DNA from: an uncultured Gammaproteobacteria bacterium
GTDB taxonomy: Bacteria; Pseudomonadota; Gammaproteobacteria; SZUA-229
Direction of reading: 5' to 3'
DNA: 64,000 nt
NCBI GenBank assembly: GCA_937998645.1
Contig: CALLCZ010000032.1
Coordinates: forward strand, 5,593 to 69,592
Each line of letters starts with the position of its first letter. Positions within the stretch are counted from its first letter, which is position 1. Positions 36,887 through 47,100 of the stretch are shown piece by piece. A program made the translations under genes and the position numbers. The notes under the pieces are model-generated. The model did not search any database and was not told where the DNA came from. It was given only the letters and a program-made list of their open reading frames with translations.

Positions 36887-37443
36887 GCATGCCCGGCATC
36901 ATTGCTCATGAGCTGTAAATCGACGCCGATCAGGTCGGCGGCAGCCTGCCATCTTTCTTCAATCGGTGTGTTGAAAATGATCTGTTCTTCTGCCGGGCAA
37001 CTGAGCCAGGTATTGTCGGCCATTTCCTGCTCCAGCTGTCCGGGCCCCCAGCCGGCATAACCCAGTGTAATGATATTGTCATCGGGGCCCTTGTCGTCGG
37101 CGATGGCTTCAAGAATGTCGCGTGATGTCGTCAGCGCTATTGAATCATTGACGATCAGGCTTGAATCCCAGTTGCCTATTGGGCGATGCAACACAAAACC
37201 ACGGTTTGCCTGAACCGGGCCGCCGTTAAATACCTGCACGGCGTTAGCTTTATCCGGGTGATAGGGTATTTTCATCTGCTGCATGACATCATCCAGGGAG
37301 ATTTCAGATTCGCGATTGATGATGATACCGAAGGTTCCGTTGTCGTCATGCTCGCAAATAAACGTAACCGCCTGGTTGAAGTTCTCATCCATCAGGCCCG
37401 GCATGGCGATTATGAACTGGTTAGTCAGGCTGTTATCGGTCAT
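36883..37443 (-). CDS. yqgE: YqgE/AlgH family protein
   Basis: IAMP...D.NF, ICEH, GGPV...RGFVLH, LGYAGW.PGQLE and a terminal GHA. Confidence 0.95.
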   Translation of the reverse strand: MTDNSLTNQFIIAMPGLMDENFNQAVTFICEHDDNGTFGIIINRESEISLDDVMQQMKIPYHPDKANAVQVFNGGPVQANRGFVLHRPIGNWDSSLIVNDSIALTTSRDILEAIADDKGPDDNIITLGYAGWGPGQLEQEMADNTWLSCPAEEQIIFNTPIEERWQAAADLIGVDLQLMSNDAGHA

Positions 37444-37445
37444 TA

Positions 37446-38324
37446 TCAGTTTGTACGCAGGCTGCTGTCATTGAGGAATTCCCAGCTTCGGGTTATGTGT
37501 ATGACATCGGCTTCCTGGCGAAGTTTTGGCGGGAATGGTGAATAGGGTGCGGCCAGCTGCACAATGCGTTTAGCCGCATCGTCGAGTATTTGATGCCCTG
37601 AAGATTGCCTCAGGTCTGTCTTGACCAGTTCGCCATCCGCATTGATAACGACATCAAGAATCAGGGTGCCGCTCAGCTTATCACGCCTGGCCTGGTCCGG
37701 GTAATTCAGGTTTCCAATACGTTCAACCCTGTTGATCCACTGGCGCATATAAGTGGCAGGCACAAATTCACGGGTGCTCGAATTCAGGTACCTGGTGCGT
37801 GTTTTTTCCGCATGGTTCTGAATTTGAGTGCTTAACTCGTGTGCCAGTCGTGCCTGTTTACTGTTCTGGTTCTGGTTTTGCCTGTTTTGCGAGGTAGTAT
37901 TGTTCGGGTTCTGCTTGTCTTCATCGGTGTCGATGCTGTAGCTGGAATTATCCTGATGGAGCAGTGCGACTTCTTCAACCTGCTTCTGGCTGGCCAGTTG
38001 CTGCTGTGAAGTTGCCATGGCCATACCGGGATTTTTTGACAGGCTGGGTGCGGTAAACAGGTCTGTGGGGCGGCTTTGTTCCTCGCTATTGCCGCCGCCC
38101 TGTTGTGATACCTGCGCCAGGTATTTCGCGTCTTCTGCTTCCGAGGGGTTTTGTGTCTGCACCAGGATAACATCCAGTGTCGGCAGTGATTCGCTTTCTG
38201 CAGGGGGCGAGATACTGAAGGTGATGCCCAGAATGACGATGCCATGAAAAACAGCCGCCAGGAACAGCGTCATTCCCAGGCGGTCGTTGTCTGTAATTTG
38301 TGGTGCCCTGGCTACGGTAGTCAT
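37446..38324 (-). CDS. tonB: Energy transducer TonB (TonB3-like)
   Basis: TM with a conserved His; LAQ..Q.GGG; VERIGNLNYP, SSGH.ILDDAA and I.I.RSW.F. Confidence 0.88.
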   Translation of the reverse strand: MTTVARAPQITDNDRLGMTLFLAAVFHGIVILGITFSISPPAESESLPTLDVILVQTQNPSEAEDAKYLAQVSQQGGGNSEEQSRPTDLFTAPSLSKNPGMAMATSQQQLASQKQVEEVALLHQDNSSYSIDTDEDKQNPNNTTSQNRQNQNQNSKQARLAHELSTQIQNHAEKTRTRYLNSSTREFVPATYMRQWINRVERIGNLNYPDQARRDKLSGTLILDVVINADGELVKTDLRQSSGHQILDDAAKRIVQLAAPYSPFPPKLRQEADVIHITRSWEFLNDSSLRTN

Positions 38325-38364
38325 TATTATATGTATAGCAGTTTTTTTCTGACCATTAGTTTAA

Positions 38365-39438
38365 TTATAGTGGCTGACTGATGACAATGTGGAAAGTTTC
38401 GGAATTTTCCAGATGAATACGTTTTTGCATCGCAGGATTCATATGAATGCGAAACCCGGCGTCTATCAGCATCACGTACTTGATGTCCATGGCACGGGCG
38501 ATTTCATACCAGTGTTCGGGGCCGGCCACAAACAGTGCCGTGGCTGCGGCATCGGCGATGCCTGCATCGTGATGAATTACGGTAACTGAAATGGAACCCG
38601 TCGCCGGATAGCCTGTACGGGGATCAAGGATGTGGTGGTAGCGCTTGCCATCGTACATATAAAAGCGCTCATAATCGCCCGAAGTAAAGATACTCTCATT
38701 GGGCTCGGTATCAAGCCATGCAATCACGCCGTCTTTCCTGGGGTGGCGAATGCCGATACGCCATGGACGTTCGCCATGCTGCCCAATCACGCGAAGATCA
38801 CCGCCGGCATTAATCACTGCATTTTCAATACCCTGTGATTGCAGGTACTGCATGGCAAGATCAATTGCATAGCCCTTGGCGAAAGCGCCCAGACTCAGTT
38901 GAACGCCCGGGTTGCGGCTTTCCACTAGTGCCCCGTTAATATGAATATCAGACATATCAGGATCTTGCGTTACCAGTTTATCAATGTCAGCTGCATCAGG
39001 CGGGCTGATGTCGCTTTCATCATGCCGGTGCATCTGCCACAGGTTAATCAAATTGCCAATTGCGGGGTTAAACAGTCCGTTGCTTTTTTCGAACAGGTCT
39101 TTTGAAGCGATAATCAAAGGTAGTACCGCCTGTGGCGCCGAAATCCGGCTGCCAGCCTCAATCGATTCATTGATTCGACTGAGATCGCTACCTGTTTCCC
39201 AGGGGCTCCAGCTGGCATGGTAAGCGTGGAACCTGCTTTCGAGATGATCGAATGCGGCATTTGCCTTTGTTTCGCTGGTGTTAAGCAGCGTGATTTCGAT
39301 CAGGGTGCCGAAAGCAAAGATGGTGTGCTTGAATTCGGTGCTGGTAGTATTGCTGCAGGATGCCGTTAACAGGTACACAGCTGACAGCAGTATCAGGCGG
39401 AGGAAGAATGCCTGTTTCAGGTGTTTGTTGATATGCAA
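38365..39438 (-). CDS. apbE: FAD:protein FMN transferase (ApbE lipoprotein)
   Basis: Lipobox-like LTASC; FGT, AKGYAID, NAGGD, W.IGI.HP, TSGDYER, HHILDP.TG and ADA.ATA. Confidence 0.94.
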   Translation of the reverse strand: MHINKHLKQAFFLRLILLSAVYLLTASCSNTTSTEFKHTIFAFGTLIEITLLNTSETKANAAFDHLESRFHAYHASWSPWETGSDLSRINESIEAGSRISAPQAVLPLIIASKDLFEKSNGLFNPAIGNLINLWQMHRHDESDISPPDAADIDKLVTQDPDMSDIHINGALVESRNPGVQLSLGAFAKGYAIDLAMQYLQSQGIENAVINAGGDLRVIGQHGERPWRIGIRHPRKDGVIAWLDTEPNESIFTSGDYERFYMYDGKRYHHILDPRTGYPATGSISVTVIHHDAGIADAAATALFVAGPEHWYEIARAMDIKYVMLIDAGFRIHMNPAMQKRIHLENSETFHIVISQPL

Positions 39439-39449
39439 GGGATTCGAGT

Positions 39450-40397
39450 TCAGGGCAGGCGTGATTCGATCGATTCCATCAGTTGCCCGCCGATATCAAG
39501 ACCGTATTGCGTGTCCAGTTCTCGAATACAGGTGGGGCTGGTGATATTGATTTCTGTCAGGTAATCGCCAATCACATCCAGGCCGGCAAACAGGATCCCC
39601 ATTTCGCGTAGTACCGGTGCTACCTGAGTGCATATCCAGCGATCGCGGTCTGTCAGTGGCATGCCGATCCCGGTTGCGCCGGCGACAAGGTTACCCCTGG
39701 TTTCTCCAGCAGCTGGAACGCGAGCCAGAGCATGGGGAACAGGGTCGCCATCGATAAGCAGTATGCGCTTGTCTCCCTGGGTGATTTCAGGAATAAAGCG
39801 TTGGGCCATGATTGTTTTACTGTCGCCATTGGTCATGAGTTCCAGTATGACCGACAGGTTCTGGTTGTCTGGCTGAACCCTGAAAATGGAATGGCCGCCC
39901 ATGCTGTCAAGAGGTTTCAGAATGACATCCTGATGTTCTGCTACGAAGTGCCGGATTCGGCTGGATTCACTGCTGACCAGCATGGGCACGCAGCATTGAG
40001 GAAAGCAGGTGATAAACAGCTTTTCGTTGGCGTCACGCAGGCTTGCAGGTTTGTTAACGACCACAACGCCGGCGCGTTCGGCGCTATCGAGCAGCCAGGT
40101 GGTGGTAATATACTCAATATCAAATGGCGGGTCCTTGCGCATCAGTACAGCATCGAGTTCTGATAGTGCAATATCCTGGCTGGAAATGACGCTGAACCAG
40201 CTTTCTGGATCATCCTGCACCTTCAGTATTTGTGTCAGGGCGCGAGTGCTGCCCCCGTCCGAATACAGGTGTTGCTGGTTCATGTAATGCAGTTCCCAGC
40301 CGCGTCGCTGGGCGGCAAGCATCATGGCAAAACTGCTGTCTTTGACAATTTTGATGTGCTCGATTGGATCCATGACGATTCCAAGTTTTCGAGTCAT
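39450..40397 (-). CDS. gshB: Glutathione synthetase
   Basis: VMDPI, KDSS, LMRKDPPFD, NEK, KPLD.MGG, GDKRI and EINITSPTC. Confidence 0.97.
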   Translation of the reverse strand: MTRKLGIVMDPIEHIKIVKDSSFAMMLAAQRRGWELHYMNQQHLYSDGGSTRALTQILKVQDDPESWFSVISSQDIALSELDAVLMRKDPPFDIEYITTTWLLDSAERAGVVVVNKPASLRDANEKLFITCFPQCCVPMLVSSESSRIRHFVAEHQDVILKPLDSMGGHSIFRVQPDNQNLSVILELMTNGDSKTIMAQRFIPEITQGDKRILLIDGDPVPHALARVPAAGETRGNLVAGATGIGMPLTDRDRWICTQVAPVLREMGILFAGLDVIGDYLTEINITSPTCIRELDTQYGLDIGGQLMESIESRLP

Positions 40398-40548
40398 GCT
40401 ATTTCCGTTTTTCAGTCTATGAAGATGCTAAATGTAAATCAAATAATGTCTTTACACAATTCAATGTCTTATAAGCAAAGATTGATTGCGAATATAAATT
40501 TCTTGGTCTACATTCTTTGTATATCCACCTCTCTAGGGCTAATAATGA

Positions 40549-40959
40549 ATGAATGGTGCGGCAATGGCAGAAGATGTCGCTGAGTTGAATGACCTCAAGG
40601 TTATGGTCATCGACGACAGCAAAACGATTCGTCGAACAGCCGAGAACCTTCTTAAAAAAGAAGGTTGCGAAGTTGTTACGGCAGTAGACGGTTTTGAAGC
40701 GTTGTCAAAAATCGCAGAAACCAATCCGAATATTATTTTCGTAGATATTATGATGCCACGTCTTGACGGTTATCAGACGTGTGCTTTGATCAAAAATAAC
40801 AAGGCCTACAGGGAGACGCCGGTGATAATGCTGTCGAGTAAGGACAGTATTTTTGACCGTGCACGCGGACGAATTGTTGGTTCCACGCAGTATTTGACCA
40901 AGCCGTTTACCAAAGAAGACCTTATAGGTGCGATCAAGGAACATGCATCGGTAAAATAA
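40549..40959 (+). CDS. pilG: Twitching motility response regulator PilG
   Basis: KVMVIDDSKTIRRTAE, FVDIMMPRLDGYQTCALIK and LSSKD..FD.ARGR; divergent from gshB. Confidence 0.96.
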   Translation: MNGAAMAEDVAELNDLKVMVIDDSKTIRRTAENLLKKEGCEVVTAVDGFEALSKIAETNPNIIFVDIMMPRLDGYQTCALIKNNKAYRETPVIMLSSKDSIFDRARGRIVGSTQYLTKPFTKEDLIGAIKEHASVK

Positions 40960-41006
40960 TTGTGGGTGATATCAGATAAACAACGTTTAACAATGGTGAT
41001 TAAACA

Positions 41007-41372
41007 ATGGCGAAGATACTTGTAGTTGATGATTCTCCTACCGAGGTCCATGTATTACAGACCATTCTCGAGAAGAATGGTCATGAAGTTGTCGTGGCTG
41101 ATTCTGGCGAGGCGGGTATTCAAATAGCAAAAGAAGTCTTGCCGGATCTGGTGTTGATGGATGTAGTGATGCCGGGAATGAATGGCTTCCAGGCAACACG
41201 CCAGCTAACCAGGCAGTCAGAGACAGCAAAAATTCCTGTAATCATCGTAACCACCAAAGACCAGGAAACTGACAAGGTCTGGGCCAAGCGCCAGGGCGCC
41301 AGGGATTATATCGTCAAGCCAGTACAGGAAAAGGGTTTGATTGAACATGTAAACATGGTGCTATCAAGCTAG
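41007..41372 (+). CDS. pilH: Twitching motility response regulator PilH
   Basis: ILVVDDSPTE, MDVVMPGMNGFQATR and TKDQETDKVW. Confidence 0.96.
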   Translation: MAKILVVDDSPTEVHVLQTILEKNGHEVVVADSGEAGIQIAKEVLPDLVLMDVVMPGMNGFQATRQLTRQSETAKIPVIIVTTKDQETDKVWAKRQGARDYIVKPVQEKGLIEHVNMVLSS

Positions 41373-41393
41373 TTTACTATTGAAATAGTTACC

Positions 41394-41933
41394 ATGGAAA
41401 ATATCGACGACCCATTTGACTTATTACTGGATATCGAACAGCGCTGCCAGGCAAACGCGGCCGGGTTGCCAACGCTTGATAAAGCTGAAGATGAGTGGGT
41501 GGGTGTTGGTTTCAGGATAGGGGATGACAAACTTATTGCGCCCATGAATGAAATTGAGGAAATACTGGATTTACCTGCATTCACCAATATTCCAGGAGTG
41601 AAGTCATGGATGGTGGGCGTGGCCAATGTTCGTGGAGGCTTATTGCCGTTAATGGATCTGAGGGGTTTCATTCTTGGTGAGGACATAAAACAAAGAAAGA
41701 AAGGAAGAGTCATTGTGATTGACTATAAAGGATTCAATACAGGACTTATTGTTGAAGAAGTATATGGTATGAAACATTTTCAAATCAAGGATCAGTCAGA
41801 AGATATCCCGAGCTTGCATGAAAATGTGTCGAAATATGTAAACAAGGCTTTCTGTCAGGAAGGTGACAGTTGGCCGGTATTTAGTTTTCAGAATATGACG
41901 CAAGATGAACGGTTGGCTGAAGCGCCACTGTAA
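41394..41933 (+). CDS. pilI: CheW-like protein PilI
   Basis: W.GVGFRIG and PGVK.W..GVANVRG.LLP.MDL. Confidence 0.93.
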   Translation: MENIDDPFDLLLDIEQRCQANAAGLPTLDKAEDEWVGVGFRIGDDKLIAPMNEIEEILDLPAFTNIPGVKSWMVGVANVRGGLLPLMDLRGFILGEDIKQRKKGRVIVIDYKGFNTGLIVEEVYGMKHFQIKDQSEDIPSLHENVSKYVNKAFCQEGDSWPVFSFQNMTQDERLAEAPL

Positions 41934-41962
41934 ATAAAAATAAAACTAGCCGGGCGATTCGG

Positions 41963-44062
41963 TTGAGTAGTAAATCGGAGACAACTTTAATGAGCGCTGA
42001 AAAGAAAAAACCAAGGCCAGCAGCAAGGGCGGTCAGCAGACCACTGGCCTTACTGGGTATAATACTTTTTATATCTATCTTTGTGATGTTGGGAAGTTTG
42101 CTTTACGTTGGCAACAAACGTGCAGACTTGCAAAAACATGTGGAGCTGGCCTCAGAGCAGTTACTGTTATCCCAGCTCATGACTACGCAGGCACTTGGTG
42201 CATCATCCGGTCGGGAATCGGATTTCGAAGCATTGCTTGATAGTCGTTATCGATTCGAGACAATACAGAATTCATATCGTTCTGGAGATCCAATGTCAGC
42301 AGTACCCCCATTGGGTGTGAAGCTGACGGTTCCCATGGAGCGTGCCGAGGAAATCTGGAGCAAATTTAATAACGATATTTCGACCATCCTCAATGGTAAG
42401 AAGCCTGTTTCAGAGGTGCGGGAGCTCTATACAGTAATCGATAGCTTCATTCCTCAGTTGCTCACCTTCTCTGACGAGGTGGTTGGTGTGCTCATGAAGA
42501 AAGGTGCTTCATCAAGGCAGATCTATCTCGCCACTCGCCAGATGATGTTGTCGCAGCGCATTAAGAACAATCTTAACCAGGTTCTGGCAGGCGGCGAGCA
42601 GGCGGCAGCGGCGGCTGATCGTTTTGGTCGGGATGCTGCATTATTTGGCAGGGTTCTTGAGGGCCTGCTCAAGGGCTCCAGCTCATTAAATATCGAAAAG
42701 GTAACGGACAAGGAAGCTGTCGCCAAACTACGTGAAGTGGCAATGCTTATCAGTGCGGTAAGTGACAATATTGCGGGCATACTTGAATTGTCACCCGAGT
42801 TGTTTGAAGTTAAAGATGCTGCAAGCAGGTTAACATCCGAGAGTGCCAACCTGCTTGCTGAGTTGAGAGCATTTCAGCATGCAATTTCCAGCCAGTCACA
42901 AACACTGGACATAATTCAGCTGGCAGGTGTGGGTTCTGGTGCTCTGGCGGTTATACTTATTATTATCGGCGGTATCCTGATGTTGCGAGATGCGAAAGCA
43001 CGTGAGGAACAGGCGCTGGAAAACAACCGAAGAAACCAGCATGCGATTCTGCGGCTGCTGGATGAAATGGCCAACCTGGCTGACGGTGATCTTACTGTAC
43101 ACACCACGGTAACAGAGGAAATTACAGGTGCGATTGCAGACTCGGTGAATTTTGCGATCGACGCCCTGCGTTCACTGGTAACAACCATCAATAACACCTC
43201 AACCGAGGTAACAACATCAACATCAAACGTGCAGGGGACTGCGAAGTCGCTTGCTGAAGCGAGTAACCATCAGGCGCGTGAAATTGCTTCGGCGAGTGCA
43301 GCGATTACCGATATGGCCGAATCGATGGAGAATGTAACAAAAGAGGCAGCAGAGTCAGCCGAGGTGGCGCGTCAATCGATGGAAATCGCGCAAAAAGGCG
43401 CGGGCGTGGTACGTGAAACGATCGGCAGTATGGAAAGTATTCGAGAAACCATTCAGGAAACGTCGAAACGTATTAAACGACTTGGAGAATCATCCCAGGA
43501 AATTGGCGACATCGTGGGTCTGATTACGGAAATTGCTGATCAGACGAACATTCTTGCATTGAACGCAGCGATTCAGGCATCTACCGCGGGTGATGCCGGG
43601 CGTGGTTTCGCTGTGGTTGCAGACGAAGTGCAACGACTCGCTGAACGTGCCGGTAATGCAACCAAGCAGATTGAAACACTCGTTAACACGATTCAGGCGG
43701 ATACCAATGAAGCTATCACTTCGATGGAAGTGAGTACGGCAGGTGTTGTTAGCGGCGCCAAACGCGCCGAAGACGCGGGTAAGGCGCTAAGAGAAATTGA
43801 GAATGTATCAACAAGTCTTGCCAATCTGATTGAGGGTATCTCTGAATCAGCAAAGAAACAATCAGCTATTGCTAATGATGTGTCCAAAACCATGAACGTT
43901 ATTCAGCAGATTACCTTGAAGACATCGGAGGGAACAGAGGAAACATCATCATCATTGAGCTCTTTGAATGAGCTCGCTAATGAGCTGCAGCGTTCAGTTT
44001 CCGGCTTCAAGCTTCCTGCGCAAGGTGCCGGTAAGGTTGATGCAGTAGTTCTTGATAGTTAG
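41963..44062 (+). CDS. pilJ: Methyl-accepting chemotaxis protein PilJ
   Basis: Two TMs; [45 protein letters not shown] and [17 protein letters not shown]. Confidence 0.96.
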   Translation: MSSKSETTLMSAEKKKPRPAARAVSRPLALLGIILFISIFVMLGSLLYVGNKRADLQKHVELASEQLLLSQLMTTQALGASSGRESDFEALLDSRYRFETIQNSYRSGDPMSAVPPLGVKLTVPMERAEEIWSKFNNDISTILNGKKPVSEVRELYTVIDSFIPQLLTFSDEVVGVLMKKGASSRQIYLATRQMMLSQRIKNNLNQVLAGGEQAAAAADRFGRDAALFGRVLEGLLKGSSSLNIEKVTDKEAVAKLREVAMLISAVSDNIAGILELSPELFEVKDAASRLTSESANLLAELRAFQHAISSQSQTLDIIQLAGVGSGALAVILIIIGGILMLRDAKAREEQALENNRRNQHAILRLLDEMANLADGDLTVHTTVTEEITGAIADSVNFAIDALRSLVTTINNTSTEVTTSTSNVQGTAKSLAEASNHQAREIASASAAITDMAESMENVTKEAAESAEVARQSMEIAQKGAGVVRETIGSMESIRETIQETSKRIKRLGESSQEIGDIVGLITEIADQTNILALNAAIQASTAGDAGRGFAVVADEVQRLAERAGNATKQIETLVNTIQADTNEAITSMEVSTAGVVSGAKRAEDAGKALREIENVSTSLANLIEGISESAKKQSAIANDVSKTMNVIQQITLKTSEGTEETSSSLSSLNELANELQRSVSGFKLPAQGAGKVDAVVLDS

Positions 44063-44115
44063 CAGAATTCATGAATATTACACTAACAGGTAATATGAGC
44101 ACGGGTAACCTGTAA

Positions 44116-47100
44116 ATGAAGCCAAACGGAACAGTTGAATATAACTCCCTCAGCTGGGTCAAGCAGCAGCTTGATACAGTGTTAAATGACGCACAGTCAT
44201 CACTTTCAGAATATATCGAAAACAATGATGATGAAGCATTGATGCAGGACTGTATTGAGGGGCTGCATCTTGCTGGCGGCACCTTGCAGATGGTCGAGGT
44301 ATTCGGTGCGGCTATGCTTGCAGAAGAAATGGAACATACTGCTAAAGCAATACTCGAGGGTAGTGTAGATCACAGGGACGATGCATATGATGTATTGATG
44401 CGTGCAATGCTTCAGCTGCCTGATTACCTGGAGGGTCTGCAAGCGGGTAACAAGGACGTCCCGATGACATTACTGCCATTGATGAATGACTTGCGCACTA
44501 TTCGCAAGGAGAGCCTGCTGACAGAAAATGTACTTTTCTTCCCGGATATGGATGTCGTAGATGTAGATGTGGAGCATGTAAATGCACCTCATACAGAGGC
44601 TGGCAGATTATATGGCGAAGCGAAGCGCTTAAGAACGCACTATCAGCTGGGTCTTCTTGATCTGTTTAAAAACAACAAGCGGCGTGCAGGATGTCAGCGC
44701 ATGCTTGCAGTCATTGTCTCTCTTGAAAATGCTTCAGTTGAACAACCGGTAAGACGTTTCTGGTCTGTTATCGCGGCATTGCTGGAAGGTCTGAATGAAG
44801 AAGGTATAGATTCCAGTGTTAGTGTAAAAATGCTTTTAGGTGGTGTTGATCGCCAGATAAAGCTGCTGATTGATCTCGGTGAAGATGGTTTTTCGGAGCA
44901 ATTCTCACAGGAGCTTCTGAGGAACGTCCTTTACTACGTTGGCAACAGTGTATCCAGTGGCGAGCGTGTAACGCGGATCAAGGAGATGTATAAACTTGAA
45001 GAGTTACTCGCATCCGCTGCGGAAGGTATGGAAACGGGTATGGGTGGGCTCAATGCCGAATTGTTCGCCACTGTTTCGCAAGGCATCAAGGAAGATCTTG
45101 CCCAGGTAAAAGATGCGCTTGAGATATTTATTTATAGTAATAACAGAAAGATCGCGGATCTGGAACCGCTACTGGAGCAGTTGACAAGAATTGGCGATAC
45201 CTATGCAATGCTGGGCCTGGGTGACGCGAGAGCCAAAGTGCTTGAGCAGAAAGATAACGTTCAGGGCATCATAGAAGGTAACACTGAAGTAAGCGAGGAA
45301 GCCATCTCTGCTATAGCCGGTGAACTGCTTGGTGCAGAATCGGATCTGGATAACTATGTCGCAAGGCGCACTGGTTTGGCTGATGTCGATGATGAAGACA
45401 GTATTGTCCCGGCCTCTGAATATCGCGACGTTATTTCTACTGTTGTGGCGCAGGGGCTGCAGAATTTCACTGATGCCAAGGAGGCAATCCTTGCATTTAC
45501 CAGCGGCTCCGGCAGCAAAGATGAATTGCAGTCGGTTCTGAGTTTGCTGGAGGAGGTCAGAGGCGTATCAATGATATTGCCTATGGCGCAAGTGGAGGCA
45601 ATGCTCGTTAATGTAAAAGATTACGTAAGAGTTGTACTGCTTGAGAATGGCCACCGGCCTGATGAAGAAGAGCAAGATAAGGTTGCAGATGTTGTGACTG
45701 CAATTGAATATTTCTTCGAAGCCATCTCTGAAGGCCGCCCTGGCGTTGAGGCAGGCCTGCGCACTGGTGAAGAAGCATTAAAAACGCTGATCGAAGTCCA
45801 TGATCGTTATCAATCAGTTGATACTCCAGCACAGCCAGGTGAAGTGGCTGACGAGGCTGCTGAAAAAAAGTCGATAACAAATGAGGAAAATTCAGCTGCA
45901 GAAGCGGCTGAAGTCGTTGATTTACGTCAACCGGAAATAAGCCTGGCGCAGACCAGGCCAAAGCCCGAGCCCAGGCCTGTTACCCAGGAAGCATTTGATC
46001 CAGAGGCCGAGTATGGTGAATTCGAGATACTTGGCAATGATGCAGATGAAGAAATACTCGAAATCTTTATCGAAGAAGCCCTGGAAGTACTTGAAGAGCT
46101 TCATACCAACCTTCCGCAATGGAAATCCAATACAAATGACGTAGAGGCACTTACTGTTGTTCGAAGGTGTTTTCATACGCTTAAAGGAAGTGGTCGCCTG
46201 ATCGGTGCTCAGTTAATTGGCGAGTTTTCCTGGAAATTTGAAAACATGCTCAATCGCGTTATTGATCAACAGATAGAGCCGGACGCTAATGTCCTGAGTG
46301 CTCTGGATGAGGCTGTTGCTGTGTTGCCTCAGCTGATCGAGCAGTTGCAGGGTAACAGAGAGCCTGTACCCCGTGTGTATAATTTGATGGCGACTGCTGA
46401 TGCGCTTTCAGAAGGTAGAGAACCGCAGATTGTCACTGAACATGCAGCCAGAACAGAAGCCGAGGTGGTTATAGAAGAGACGCCAGCTGAAGACGATGTA
46501 TTCGAACAAGCGGATTTCAGCGAAGTTGAAATTGAAGTCGATGAAATCAACCTCGCGGACATGGGGCAGGCTGTAGAAGAAGGTATTGAGGATCTGGATT
46601 TCAATGAGATAGCCCAGGAAGGTGAAATCAACCTGGAAATAACAGAGCAGCCAATCGATGACGAATTTGTTGAGCAGCTGGAATCCGGCGTAACTGCAGT
46701 TGAAGATGAATTCAGCATTGATGTGACTGAAGAAGAGCTTGAGTCTGGAGATGAGATTTCTCTGTTATCAGGTGATGAACTTGAAATCAGCGCAGGTTTC
46801 GACGATGTTGATGTGGATGCTGAAACGCTGGCAGAAACAACACAGTCAAGTGATGAGCTGACTTTTGAAATAGATGAGCCGGAGGTGGTCGATGTAGCAG
46901 ATAGTGAACACACTGCCGGGATGGATCCAGTTCTATTTCAGATTTATTATGATGAAAGTCTTGGTCATATCAGTCTTGTTGAAGAATTACTCGAAGCACA
47001 CAACAATAAAAGTCAGCCATTAACCGCAAGCAAAGAACTTATTCGTGCATTCCATACACTTTATGGAAGTGCGCGTACCGCGGAGATTGATCAGATATCT

